Positions 53,851-62,400 of a DNA stretch of 64,000 nucleotides are shown in pieces. Position numbers and translations under genes: made by a program. Positions within the stretch are counted from its first letter, which is position 1. Each line of letters begins with the position of its first letter. The stretch comes from Thecamonas trahens ATCC 50062 (taxonomy: Eukaryota > Protista > Apusomonadida). The notes beneath the pieces were generated by a model that saw only the letters and a program-made list of their open reading frames with translations, did no database searches and had not been told where the DNA came from. The stretch spans positions 312,657 through 376,656 of the forward strand of contig NW_013657679.1 in NCBI RefSeq assembly GCF_000142905.1, in the 5' to 3' direction.

Positions 53851-56181
53851 ATGCAGGTCCAAACTGTGGTCTTTGTGGTTGCTACTGTGGTAGCGGTGCT
53901 CAGCAGCACTGTTGCCGGAGCGTCTATCTTTCCTCAAGACGGCCCTGTCCGTGTCCTTACCTCTGCCAAGGAGGTTGACAATTTTGTGAGCACCGTGCCT
54001 GCTGCTATGGTCATGATCTATGCGCCCTGGTGCTCGCACTGTACTGCCTTCAAACCGGCCTTTATCCAAGCTGCTGGTGATGTGGCTGATGCTGGTCTTG
54101 GTGCCTTTGCCGCAGTCAACGGTGATGAACATCGGGATGTCATTGCTGCCTACTCGATCAAGTCCTTCCCCACCGTCCTTTACTTTGCTGATGGCGAGCT
54201 GAAGTGGCCTTACTCTGGCCCGCGCTCGGCTGCTGGTCTACTGGCGTACATGGAGAACCCTGTGGCTCCGCCGCCGCCGCCGCAGCCGACTCCACTGACC
54301 GCGGATGGCAACGGCGATGTCGTCATCCTCGCCACCTCAAACTACTCCTCCGTCCTCCTTTCCTCGCCCTCGACCTTTGTCATGCTCTACTCGCCGTCGT
54401 GCGGCCACTGCAAGAACACCATCCCGCACTTTATGGACGCTGCTTCTGCTGCTCTGGACGATGACAGCCTCCCGCTCTTTGCCGCTGTCGACCTCTCGCT
54501 TCCCGAGAATGGCGCCATCGGCAAGATGCTCGACGTGGCCGCCTTTCCCACTTTTGTCCTCTTTGACGGCAACATCGAGCGTTTTCGCTACAAGGGTGCT
54601 CGGACCAAGGCTGCCTTCCTTGAGTGGGTCGCCGATCCGCAGGCCCCACCGCCGCCGCCGCCGCCGCCTGCCCGTGCTCCGTTCACAGAAGATGGCGATG
54701 GTGACGTCGCCATGCTCTCGCCCGAGACCTTTGACGACCATCTCGATGGCTTTGATGGCACGCTGGTCATGTTCTTTGCTCCGTGGTGTGGCCACTGCAA
54801 GGCGATGAAGGAGCCGTACAAGGCTGCGGCTGCCACCGTCAAGGCCGAGGGCCTCGGCTCGCTGGCCGCCGTCGACTGCACCGTCGACAACAGTCTTTGC
54901 AACGAGTTCAACATCAAGGGCTACCCGACACTCATCTACTTTGGCGATGACGACGAGCAGATTACGTTTGCCGGCGTCCGGTCGGAGGAGGGTCTTGTTG
55001 CCTTTATGCGCGACCCCCAGCCGCCGCCGCCACCGCCGCCGCCGCCGACCCGCACTCCTTTCACCGAAGATGGCGATGGTGACGTCACCATGCTCACGCC
55101 TGAGACCTTTGACGATCACCTCGACGGCTCGGACGGCACGCTCGTCATGTTCTACGCACCGTGGTGCGGCCACTGCAAGACGATGAAGGAGCCTTACAAG
55201 GCTGCGGCCGCCACCGTCAAGGCTGAGGGCCTCGGCTCGCTGGCTGCCGTCGACTGCACCATCGATCGTGCTCTCTGTGGCAAGCACGATGTCAAGGGCT
55301 ACCCGACAGTGGTTTACTTTGGCGCCGACGATGAGCAGATTACGTTTGCCGGCGTCCGGTCGGAGGAAGGTCTTGTTGCCTTTATGCGCGACCCCCAACC
55401 GCCGCCGCCACCGCCGCCGCCGCCGACCCGCACTCCTTTCACCGAAGACGGTGACGGCGACGTCACCATGCTCACGCCTGAGACCTTTGACGATCACCTC
55501 GACGGCTCGGACGGCACGCTCGTCATGTTCTACGCACCGTGGTGCGGCCACTGCAAGGCGATGAAGGAGCCTTACAAGGCTGCGGCCGCCACCGTCAAGG
55601 CTGAGGGCCTCGGCTCGCTGGCTGCCGTCGACTGCACCATCGATCGTGCTCTCTGTGGCAAGCACGATGTCAAGGGCTACCCGACAGTGGTTTACTTTGC
55701 AGACGGAGAGCAGATGGCGTTCTCGGGTCCGCGGACCGAGGAGGGTCTTGTTGCCTTTATGCGCGACCCCCAGCCGCCGCCGCCACCGCCGCCGCCGCCG
55801 ACCCGCACTCCTTTCACCGAGGATGGCGACGGCGAGGTGATCATGCTCCGTAGCGACACCTTTGCGCCGTTTGTGGACTCAGAGTCCGCCGGCACGCTCG
55901 TCATGTTCTACGCACCGTGGTGCGGCCACTGCAAGGCGATGAAGGAGCCTTACAAGGCTGCGGCCGCCACCGTCAAGGCTGAGGGCCTCGGCTCGCTGGC
56001 CGCTGTCGACTGTACTATCGACGGAGATCTGTGCGCCCGTCACAGCGCTAACGCCTACCCGACCCTCCTGCACTTTACCGACGCCAGCTCGTCGATCAAG
56101 TACGAGGCGTCTCGGACCGAGGATGCGCTTCTTGAGTTCATGCGCGAGCACAGCAGCCCGGTTGATCACGATGAACTGTAA
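53851..56181 (+). CDS. ER protein disulfide isomerase-like protein (PDIA5/PDIR-like) with six thioredoxin domains
   Basis: Signal peptide MQVQTVVFVVATVVAVLSSTVAG; active sites WCSHC, SCGHC and 4x WCGHC; poly-Pro linkers; C-terminal HDEL. Confidence 0.93.
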   Translation: MQVQTVVFVVATVVAVLSSTVAGASIFPQDGPVRVLTSAKEVDNFVSTVPAAMVMIYAPWCSHCTAFKPAFIQAAGDVADAGLGAFAAVNGDEHRDVIAAYSIKSFPTVLYFADGELKWPYSGPRSAAGLLAYMENPVAPPPPPQPTPLTADGNGDVVILATSNYSSVLLSSPSTFVMLYSPSCGHCKNTIPHFMDAASAALDDDSLPLFAAVDLSLPENGAIGKMLDVAAFPTFVLFDGNIERFRYKGARTKAAFLEWVADPQAPPPPPPPPARAPFTEDGDGDVAMLSPETFDDHLDGFDGTLVMFFAPWCGHCKAMKEPYKAAAATVKAEGLGSLAAVDCTVDNSLCNEFNIKGYPTLIYFGDDDEQITFAGVRSEEGLVAFMRDPQPPPPPPPPPTRTPFTEDGDGDVTMLTPETFDDHLDGSDGTLVMFYAPWCGHCKTMKEPYKAAAATVKAEGLGSLAAVDCTIDRALCGKHDVKGYPTVVYFGADDEQITFAGVRSEEGLVAFMRDPQPPPPPPPPPTRTPFTEDGDGDVTMLTPETFDDHLDGSDGTLVMFYAPWCGHCKAMKEPYKAAAATVKAEGLGSLAAVDCTIDRALCGKHDVKGYPTVVYFADGEQMAFSGPRTEEGLVAFMRDPQPPPPPPPPPTRTPFTEDGDGEVIMLRSDTFAPFVDSESAGTLVMFYAPWCGHCKAMKEPYKAAAATVKAEGLGSLAAVDCTIDGDLCARHSANAYPTLLHFTDASSSIKYEASRTEDALLEFMREHSSPVDHDEL
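54670..56150 (+). repeat. Four tandem ~375-378-bp thioredoxin-domain repeats
   Basis: TRTPFTEDGDG units start at 55048, 55426 and 55801, with a related unit at about 54670; the DNA is nearly identical between units. Confidence 0.92.
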
Positions 56182-56202
56182 ACACTCACAAGGCTTTTGC
56201 TT

Positions 56203-57804
56203 TCATGTGAAGGCAGCAGCAAGGCTGTCGATCTCTCGGTTACAGACACTCATGTCATGGCGCCAGGGGTGCGCGTCAGCGACAAGCCGCAAGACCTTGG
56301 CCACTTGCGGCCGCTGCAGCCGAAGCAAGCTGCAAAGGCGAAGCGCGGAGACAGCGGCGGCCAGGCCGCGGTCGGAAATATCAGCATTCTGCTCGATGGC
56401 GTGGGCAGCAACTCCCTCCAGCGGGACGGCGGCAGCGGCGGCGTCAAGCTCGGCGACCGCAGTCGCCAGCTCGGACGATACGGCGTCGGCCCGGATGCTG
56501 GAGCTGGCGGCAACAGCGGCAACAACGTTCGCCAGACCCGTCAACGCCGTCTCGAGTTTGGGCCACGACGCAGGGCGGTCAGACGCCCATTCGCGGATGG
56601 CGGCGGCGGCGGCAGCGACAGCCGGCAGGACCGGCGCCAGCGCGACCGACGCCTCGCTATCCATGTTAAGCCGCTTTTTGACGGTGCGGCCGGTCGGCGT
56701 CGCTGGCCAAGACTCCGACCGCGACCGTGACCGGGCCTTGCGGACTGACGATAGCGGCGTGGCGTTGGCCTCATTGGCCTCGGATGCCGTCGTCGCGCTG
56801 GTCACCTTGTGGGCCACCTCTGTGTCGTGGACCATGACAGTCCCGAGCTCGACGCGGTCGAACTGGACCCAAAGGCGAGCCTTGGCGCGCGCGAGAACCC
56901 GCCCAGAGTGGGCGAGGCCAGACGCTGGGTGCAACGCCCGCACCGATGCGCCGACGCTGATGGCATCTGGGGCGAGGCGCGCCGCACGCCGCGCAGCTTT
57001 GAGCGCTGCCCGCTGGTCACGGACGAACGCGGCCGAAAACCGCCGTGGCCGCGGCATGAGTGACCTCAAATACCGCCACTCGGGCCGAGTGAGACGGAGC
57101 GGCTCGTCTTTGCTCGGCGGGTGGACATTGAGCTCGGCGAGCGCAGCCTCGAACGGGTTATCGGCGAAAAACGGCTCGTCGACGGCGGCGTACAGAAACT
57201 CATAGTTGGTCCAGTTGCGGAGCTTCTTGGATACCGCCAGACTGGCGAGCATGGTGCTAATCATGGCTGCACACGGTTCGTCCTCGCGATACGTGTCCAG
57301 GACGCTCAGCGCGGCCTGGATCTGCTCCGCCCGTCCAAGCTGGGCCTCCTCCGTCTCGACGGTCAAGCCCTGCGACGACATGTTGACGATGCCGACGTCA
57401 CCCACAAAGCATGCTGCACTGTGGGTGGCAATCTTTGCGCTGGCGAGAGCGGCAGCCTGCGGACGTCGACCGGCCATTAGCGACCGCTTGCGCTTGCTTG
57501 GACGAAAGTCATCGGTATCAGACTCGGACTCGGAGGCGCGCTTCTTGCTCGATGGTGGGCTTGACGGCTGCATGCCCTGAACCTCTTCCACCACAGCTAG
57601 CAGCATAGCCGACGATGAGAACCGGGCATCCATCTCCAGCACGGGCGCGTGCCTGGTCAGCATAGCCTTGATGTTGTCCTTTGTATGCCGTGGGAATCGC
57701 GTGGCCAGCAACCTCGGATTGGAGACCTTCTCCACCACCACAGCCTCATACAACGCCTCGACCTCTGACCTCCGCCATACAGGTCCAGTCTCCTCAACAG
57801 ACAT
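56203..57804 (-). CDS. LIN9: LIN9/ALWAYS EARLY family DREAM/MuvB subunit (SANT-like, DIRP, Tudor-like)
   Basis: W..YEFLYAAVDEPFF..N.F...L, LTR.EW..LRSLM.RPRRFS.AF...QR..L...R (DIRP), VG..V.ALHP, G.VL...VQFDR.ELG...VHD.EV. Confidence 0.9.
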   Translation of the reverse strand: MSVEETGPVWRRSEVEALYEAVVVEKVSNPRLLATRFPRHTKDNIKAMLTRHAPVLEMDARFSSSAMLLAVVEEVQGMQPSSPPSSKKRASESESDTDDFRPSKRKRSLMAGRRPQAAALASAKIATHSAACFVGDVGIVNMSSQGLTVETEEAQLGRAEQIQAALSVLDTYREDEPCAAMISTMLASLAVSKKLRNWTNYEFLYAAVDEPFFADNPFEAALAELNVHPPSKDEPLRLTRPEWRYLRSLMPRPRRFSAAFVRDQRAALKAARRAARLAPDAISVGASVRALHPASGLAHSGRVLARAKARLWVQFDRVELGTVMVHDTEVAHKVTSATTASEANEANATPLSSVRKARSRSRSESWPATPTGRTVKKRLNMDSEASVALAPVLPAVAAAAAAIREWASDRPASWPKLETALTGLANVVAAVAASSSIRADAVSSELATAVAELDAAAAAVPLEGVAAHAIEQNADISDRGLAAAVSALRLCSLLRLQRPQVAKVLRLVADAHPWRHDMSVCNREIDSLAAAFT

Positions 57805-58167
57805 TCTCCCACCCTATCCCCACCATTCCCACCTCTCCACAGTTAGTCAGTCCCCCCTCCCCCCCCCCCCCTTCTCCCCCCTGTCATCCCGCGGCCACCA
57901 CCATCACCTCGTTTCGTCTTATGCCCAAATGTTGAATTTTTGGAGAGCCAAAGGAGGACCGAGTCGCCAGCCCCCACGACCCCGGCCGCATAGGTATAGC
58001 CATCCCCCCCCCCCGTCCCCCCGTCCCCCGCCTTGTGTCACTATCTACTCCCCTTGCATAGAGGGAAGACGGAAGGAGTCCTGCGTACCTGGTGGTGTAA
58101 GTGGAGTGCAGTCGGGGTGGGAGTGGGGGTGAGGGGTGAGTGGGAGGGGGGAAGGTGGTGGGGCTGC

Positions 58168-58265
58168 CAGTGGCAGTGGCAGTGGCAGTGGCAGTGGCAG
58201 TGGCAGTGGCAGTGGCAGTGGCAGTGGCAGTGGCAGTGGCAGTGGCAGTGGCAGTGGCAGTGGCA
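58168..58265. repeat. (CAGTGG)n hexamer microsatellite, about 16 copies, in the LIN9/PIG-X divergent intergenic region
   Basis: Perfect tandem cagtgg run. Confidence 0.95.
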
Positions 58266-58489
58266 TGGCCCGTCCACGCCCCGATAACAGTCTAACAGAA
58301 GCATGGATAGCAGAATACAGTGGATCACCCTCTTCCTTCGTCATACTCCGATTGGAGCGTAGTGGCAGCAGAAGGAATCAGATGGGGGGGGCTATTTGCC
58401 TTCGTCCCCACCAATTTGCTCCTCCAAAGCCACCATTCGAGTGGCCGCCACCCTTCTGCCCCTCCACCCCTCTCTCCCTATTGCTCGCC

Positions 58490-59499
58490 ATGCCCTCGTT
58501 CTGTGTCTACCGGACCTTCATCCCGCACCTTGTCTTCGTCTGCCTCGGTCTGTTGTTTGCTCTCGCCGCCGCCTCGGCCTCTGCTCGTCACTGCCCGCTC
58601 CCTCCGTCCTCAGCGGTTGCTGCCCGCCGGCTGGACTCGGGCCACCAGATCGTGCCCTTGGTGGTGGCCATGCCCACAGCTCTGGCTCCTATGCCGGTGC
58701 TTCCGGTTACTGCAGCTGCTCATGATAGGCTTCGTCTGTTGGCGTCTGCTGTCATCGAGTCGTCGCCGTGTTGTCCGCAGGAGGATGAGGCCGGCCTGCC
58801 GCCCTGCTTGGCAGAGCTGCCTGCGGGCGATATGCGGATGGTGCGGACGGACAGCCATGGCGTGGTGAGGGCCGACTCGCCCTGCGAGGATCTTCCGTCG
58901 CTGCCACACTTCCTGAACATTGCCAATCGATCGCTTGCCTGCAACGGCTTTCACTGCACTCTGACGACGTGCGTGGCGCCGAGCCCGGGCTCTGGACCCA
59001 TGTATGCGGTCGAGACGCTCTCGCACAAGATGTTTGTCGATGCGTACGCGCTGGCAGATGCCGCCCGCGACCGGGCTAGTGATGCAGACTACCCGCTTGC
59101 CGCGCCGCTCGAGGTCATGGATCTTGAGGCTCCAGCCCACCGCGGAAAGCCGGGGCTCGTGTTAGTTGCGCTGGGACACACCGCGTCTCAGCACGACATT
59201 TGCTACCAGTTTGACCTGCACCTCCGGTATCAAGCACCTGTGGCTGATGGCGAGGCGGTCCAGGCTGCAGTGACTCTCCCGCCGCCGCTCTGCTTGACCC
59301 GGCCGGCGACCGAACGCCGATGCCGTTCGTGGCCTGTGCAGTGACCGGCGAGGTGGGCTCGGTGGTGGCGTATGCGCCTCGCGGCACGGGCGCTGACAAG
59401 TCGTGGGTCGACACGGCAACGTTTACTGTTGTTGCTCTCGCAGCAGCCATCATCATGACCGCCGCGGCATGGCCGCGCCCACTCCGCGATACAGCGTGA
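58490..59499 (+). CDS. PIGX: PIG-X/Pbn1-like GPI mannosyltransferase I subunit, with a -1 frameshift at about 59279
   Basis: Signal peptide; GFH..L, ETL...MFVD.Y.L, MDLEAPA, LHLRYQAP. The shifted frame gives APRG...DKSWVDTATFTVVALAAAIIM (C-terminal TM) and TGA at 59497-59499. Confidence 0.75.
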
Positions 59500-62400
59500 G
59501 CATCGATCCGTTGTTGGAGCTTGCTGCGACTAGCATGAGCGACGGATGGAACGAGAGCGCCGAGACCGGCCCGCGCCGCTGCGACATGAGGCCGTCGTAC
59601 TTGCGGGTCGAGGCCGAGACCCGTCCGTCGAGGCGGACCAGCTTGACGTAGCGGTACATGGACGAGCCGTAGGCGACCGCGACGTGGCCAGCGCCAGTCG
59701 AGATGGCTGCGGCTGAGACGCCCGACTCGTTGAGCGTGACCACTGATGCATTGCGCTTGGTAGCCACGTCCCACGTCCGCATCAGCCCGTCGGCGCCGGT
59801 CACAACCAGCAGCGGCGAAGCCATGCTCGCGCCGATGTTGGTCCATCCCAGCGAGAGGACTGCTCCGGTCTGGTGCCGGACCATTGAGACAAGCGGCGAC
59901 TCGATGCCGGTCATCCAGCGGACCGAGCCGTCCGAGCAGCCGACCACAACGAGCTGAACGCCGCGCGCAGTCGACGGCGAGAGCGTGATGGCGGTGATGG
60001 CCACATCGTCGCCGCCACCAAAGAACAGCGACTTGACGTAGAGGCCCGTCGACATGTCCCACACCCGGAGCCGTGCCCGAGAGCCGGTGGTAAAGACTCG
60101 CCGACCCGCGCTCGATCCGCCGACGGCCATGAGGAACTTGCCGCGTGACTGAAGCTGTGCCACTCCAGGCTGCGAGACCTCGCTGTCTTTCGTCGCCCAC
60201 CACGCCTTGACCAGCCGCGGCGAGCTTGTTGTCACGTCTGCATACATCCGGACGGCGCCGTCCGACGTGCCCACCAGGAGCACGTCCTCGCCGCGCGGGT
60301 CCTGCTCGAGCAGGACTTGAGTGATTCGCGCCTTGATCGACGCGCCCGCCGACGGCGTCGTCACATGCGGCGAGGAGAGCGACGACCGCGCTGTCATGTC
60401 GGTCGTCACTGAGAGTGCTGGCAGCGTCTTGGAGGTGTGCGTATCCGAGGCTGGCGACGGTGCCGGAGCCGGAGGCGGGCCCTCGCTCGAGTCGCGGCGG
60501 AGCTTGTTCAGCGCCAGCCGCGGAATGACCGGTGGCGGGCCGGTCGGGAGCCCTGTTGCCGCGTTGTCAGCGTCAGCCTCGTCGTCGACATCGTCGTCAG
60601 AGAGCGAGTGCGACATCGATCGGGTGAGGCTCCCAATCGAGTGAGAATGCGAGCCTGAGCGCATTGACTCGACCGATCCGCCGTGGCCGCCAGCGTAGTA
60701 CAGCGACGAGCCGTGCAGCTCCGACGGCGCCGACCCGGCGTGGACGTCAACATTAAGCTCTTCGCCAGACCCGGACGGGCCGCGCGACGATTGCAGGTGG
60801 CGCTTGGCGTCGACCGGCTGCTCCTCGGAAATGGCAGAGAGCATCGCGAGTGCGGTGCTCGCCGAGCCACCCGAAGACATCGTCGAGTCTGGCTCTGGCG
60901 CGTGCATGCCAGTCACACCGAGCGGTGTGAACCGCTCGTTGCACGGCACGTAGAGCGACGAGATTCGCCGGAGGCCGGCTTCAGGACCAACCCGCGGAGA
61001 GTCAGCGTCGTCGCCGGCCGCCGCCGAGGCGCCCATAAAGTCGGTGCTGCGTCGTGGCGACGCAAGCGTTGTTGGCGTAGAGGCAGACGGCGTCGTCGCC
61101 ATGGCCAGGCTTGCCGGATCGTGCATGTATGCCACGACATGACCCGAAGCAAAGGCCACAACTAGCATCGGCTGCGTCGAGTGGAACGCAGTCGCCCGTA
61201 CAACGTTGGTTCCAAAGTCCATCTCGGCCGCCCGCTCGAGCTTGTCCGATGAAGATGATGACGACGACGAAGCACGGGCGGCAACAGCTGCGGCTGCGGC
61301 TGCGGCTGCGGCAGCCGCAGCCGCAGAGGCCGCAGCGTCAGCGTTGTACGGGGCAGAGCTCGAGGAGGCGAGGACGGCCGAGTCAAACACCGTGTGGCCG
61401 AGTGAGGTGGCGGCCGGCGACCAGAACGGCGAGCCAAAGAGGGCTTCGCGCGAGGCGTCGAGGCCGTCGACAGGCAGGGCGTTGGCGTTGTGAGCAACCT
61501 GGCCTGGGGCCCGAGGCGAGGGATTTGGCGAAGTGAGAGAGCGTGGCGTGGAGCCGGCCGAGCCGGGCGGCGAGCCACGGGTGGCAGCCGACTTGACGGT
61601 GGTGGTGGCGGCCGCAACAAACTCGCGGATGAGCGGCTCCTTGAGAAAGACCTTGTACGACCAGTCCATGGCCTGCGACTCGAGGGCGACGCCACCCATG
61701 GTGGCCAGCTCTTCGAGGCTCGGCTGGCGGTCGTAGATGGCGTCAAAGCCAAAGACGTACGGCGCATGCGGCGAGGCGTCGAGTGGGAGATCCATGACAA
61801 CGCCAGCAGCGGCGTTGGACTCGACGGCGACAGCGGCGTCGACAAGCGGGTCGACAATGGACTTTTCTTGCGGTGGGAGCGCGACAGGCGAGCGGACCTG
61901 CCCACCGATGGCGTCTGCACCGGCAAGGGTGGTGGCGTCAAACGCGAGATTGCGGGCGGCCTTGCGCTTGGCACGATCGAGCGTGGAGTAGTCAAGCGAG
62001 GTTCGGCGCGCCGCGGCGGCGGCAGAGCGGACTCGGTCGGCTGAGGTGCCGCGAGCCGAGAGGACCCGGCCGGAGCTGCGCCCCACCGAGCTCGACGCCA
62101 CGTGCCGCTGGCGGGAGCGCGAGCGGGTCCGGGCCGCCTTGCGAGGTGACCGCTGTGCCTCACGCCCGCGCGGCGACGCAAGGGCGCCGGCAATGTTCGA
62201 TGATGAGAGGACGCGGACCATGTTGCCTTCGATCATGGTCGTCGCTGCCTGCGGGGAGCCTGCCGTGCCGGTGCCCGATTCGGACTCGGTTCGAGACCGG
62301 ATGGCAGAGCCCGAGTTGGCGTCGAGCGCCAGAAAGTCCGAGCCCTGTTGCGGAGGGGTGCGGAGCGGGAGCTCGGGCGAGGCCAGATCGGCGTCCTCGC

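Noticed and set aside
58136-58489. (GS)n-containing N-terminal extension of the PIG-X ORF
   Set aside because: It is translation of an intergenic microsatellite; the signal peptide starts at ATG 58490.
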